Source of the DNA: Balanoglossus misakiensis
Taxonomy: Eukaryota; Animalia; Hemichordata
DNA: 64,000 nt
Direction: 5' to 3'
Assembly: GCA_040954595.2 (NCBI GenBank)
Contig: CM082583.2
Coordinates: 9,472,254-9,536,253 of the forward strand
Shown piece after piece: positions 63,582 to 64,000 of this stretch. Position 1 is the stretch's first letter; each line of letters starts with the position of its first letter. A model generated the notes under the pieces. It ran no database searches and was not told where the DNA came from. It was given only the letters and a program-made list of their open reading frames with translations. Both the position numbers and the translations under genes were made by a program.

Positions 63582-64000
63582 GTTAGTCCTATGCTTTGCT
63601 TTTTGTTTGTGTTTGTTTTGTTTTTCTCATTGAATTTCAATGCCGTTGCAAGCATGTCATCAATCAGTTGGCAGAAGACTGGGTTCTTGCCCTTTTTCCT
63701 GCCCAGTCTGTTCAATTTGGTTGTTTGTCTGTCACATATTTTGAACAACGCATATGCTTTCTGCCTTTCAGTTGTTTTAAATTTTCATTTGGCATGAGAC
63801 TTAAATTTTGGCACTACATATATTCATTAGTTTTATGTTCATCTGAAATTATGCTACAGTTTTATATTGATCACTCATATTTACTGTTCTTGTGGGGTAA
63901 ACAAAAACTTCACAAAAAATGAAACTAGCCTGGCACCAAGACGAAGAATTCATGAACATCTAGAAAGCGTGGATTCAAACGCGATGAAAAATTCACTGGC

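Overview
Animal genomic DNA, AT-rich with GT-AG introns; it looks like a marine invertebrate, possibly a deuterostome (inference). Three genes are supported. (1) The last two + strand exons (49-251, 476-544) of a gene the ORF track misses, encoding a very basic Lys/Arg/Ser/Ala-rich C-terminus of histone-H1-tail or protamine-like type. (2) A minus-strand heparan sulfate 3-O-sulfotransferase-family CDS (648-1889, one coding exon) lying tail-to-tail with it. (3) A + strand class 1/6 semaphorin whose 12 frame-consistent coding exons (57203-62274) encode signal peptide, Sema and PSI domains, with a probable 36-nt Cys-rich cassette exon at 63546-63581; the gene runs off the window. The ~51 kb between 5.6 and 57 kb has no convincing coding sequence and most likely is the semaphorin 5'-UTR intron(s), downstream of a CpG-rich TATA promoter near 5.65 kb. 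It holds RFX X-box motifs, candidate non-coding exons, microsatellites, repeat remnants and a probable P-element-type excision footprint. No rRNA, tRNA or CRISPR array was seen. All counts are by hand, family comparisons are from memory, and no database search was run.
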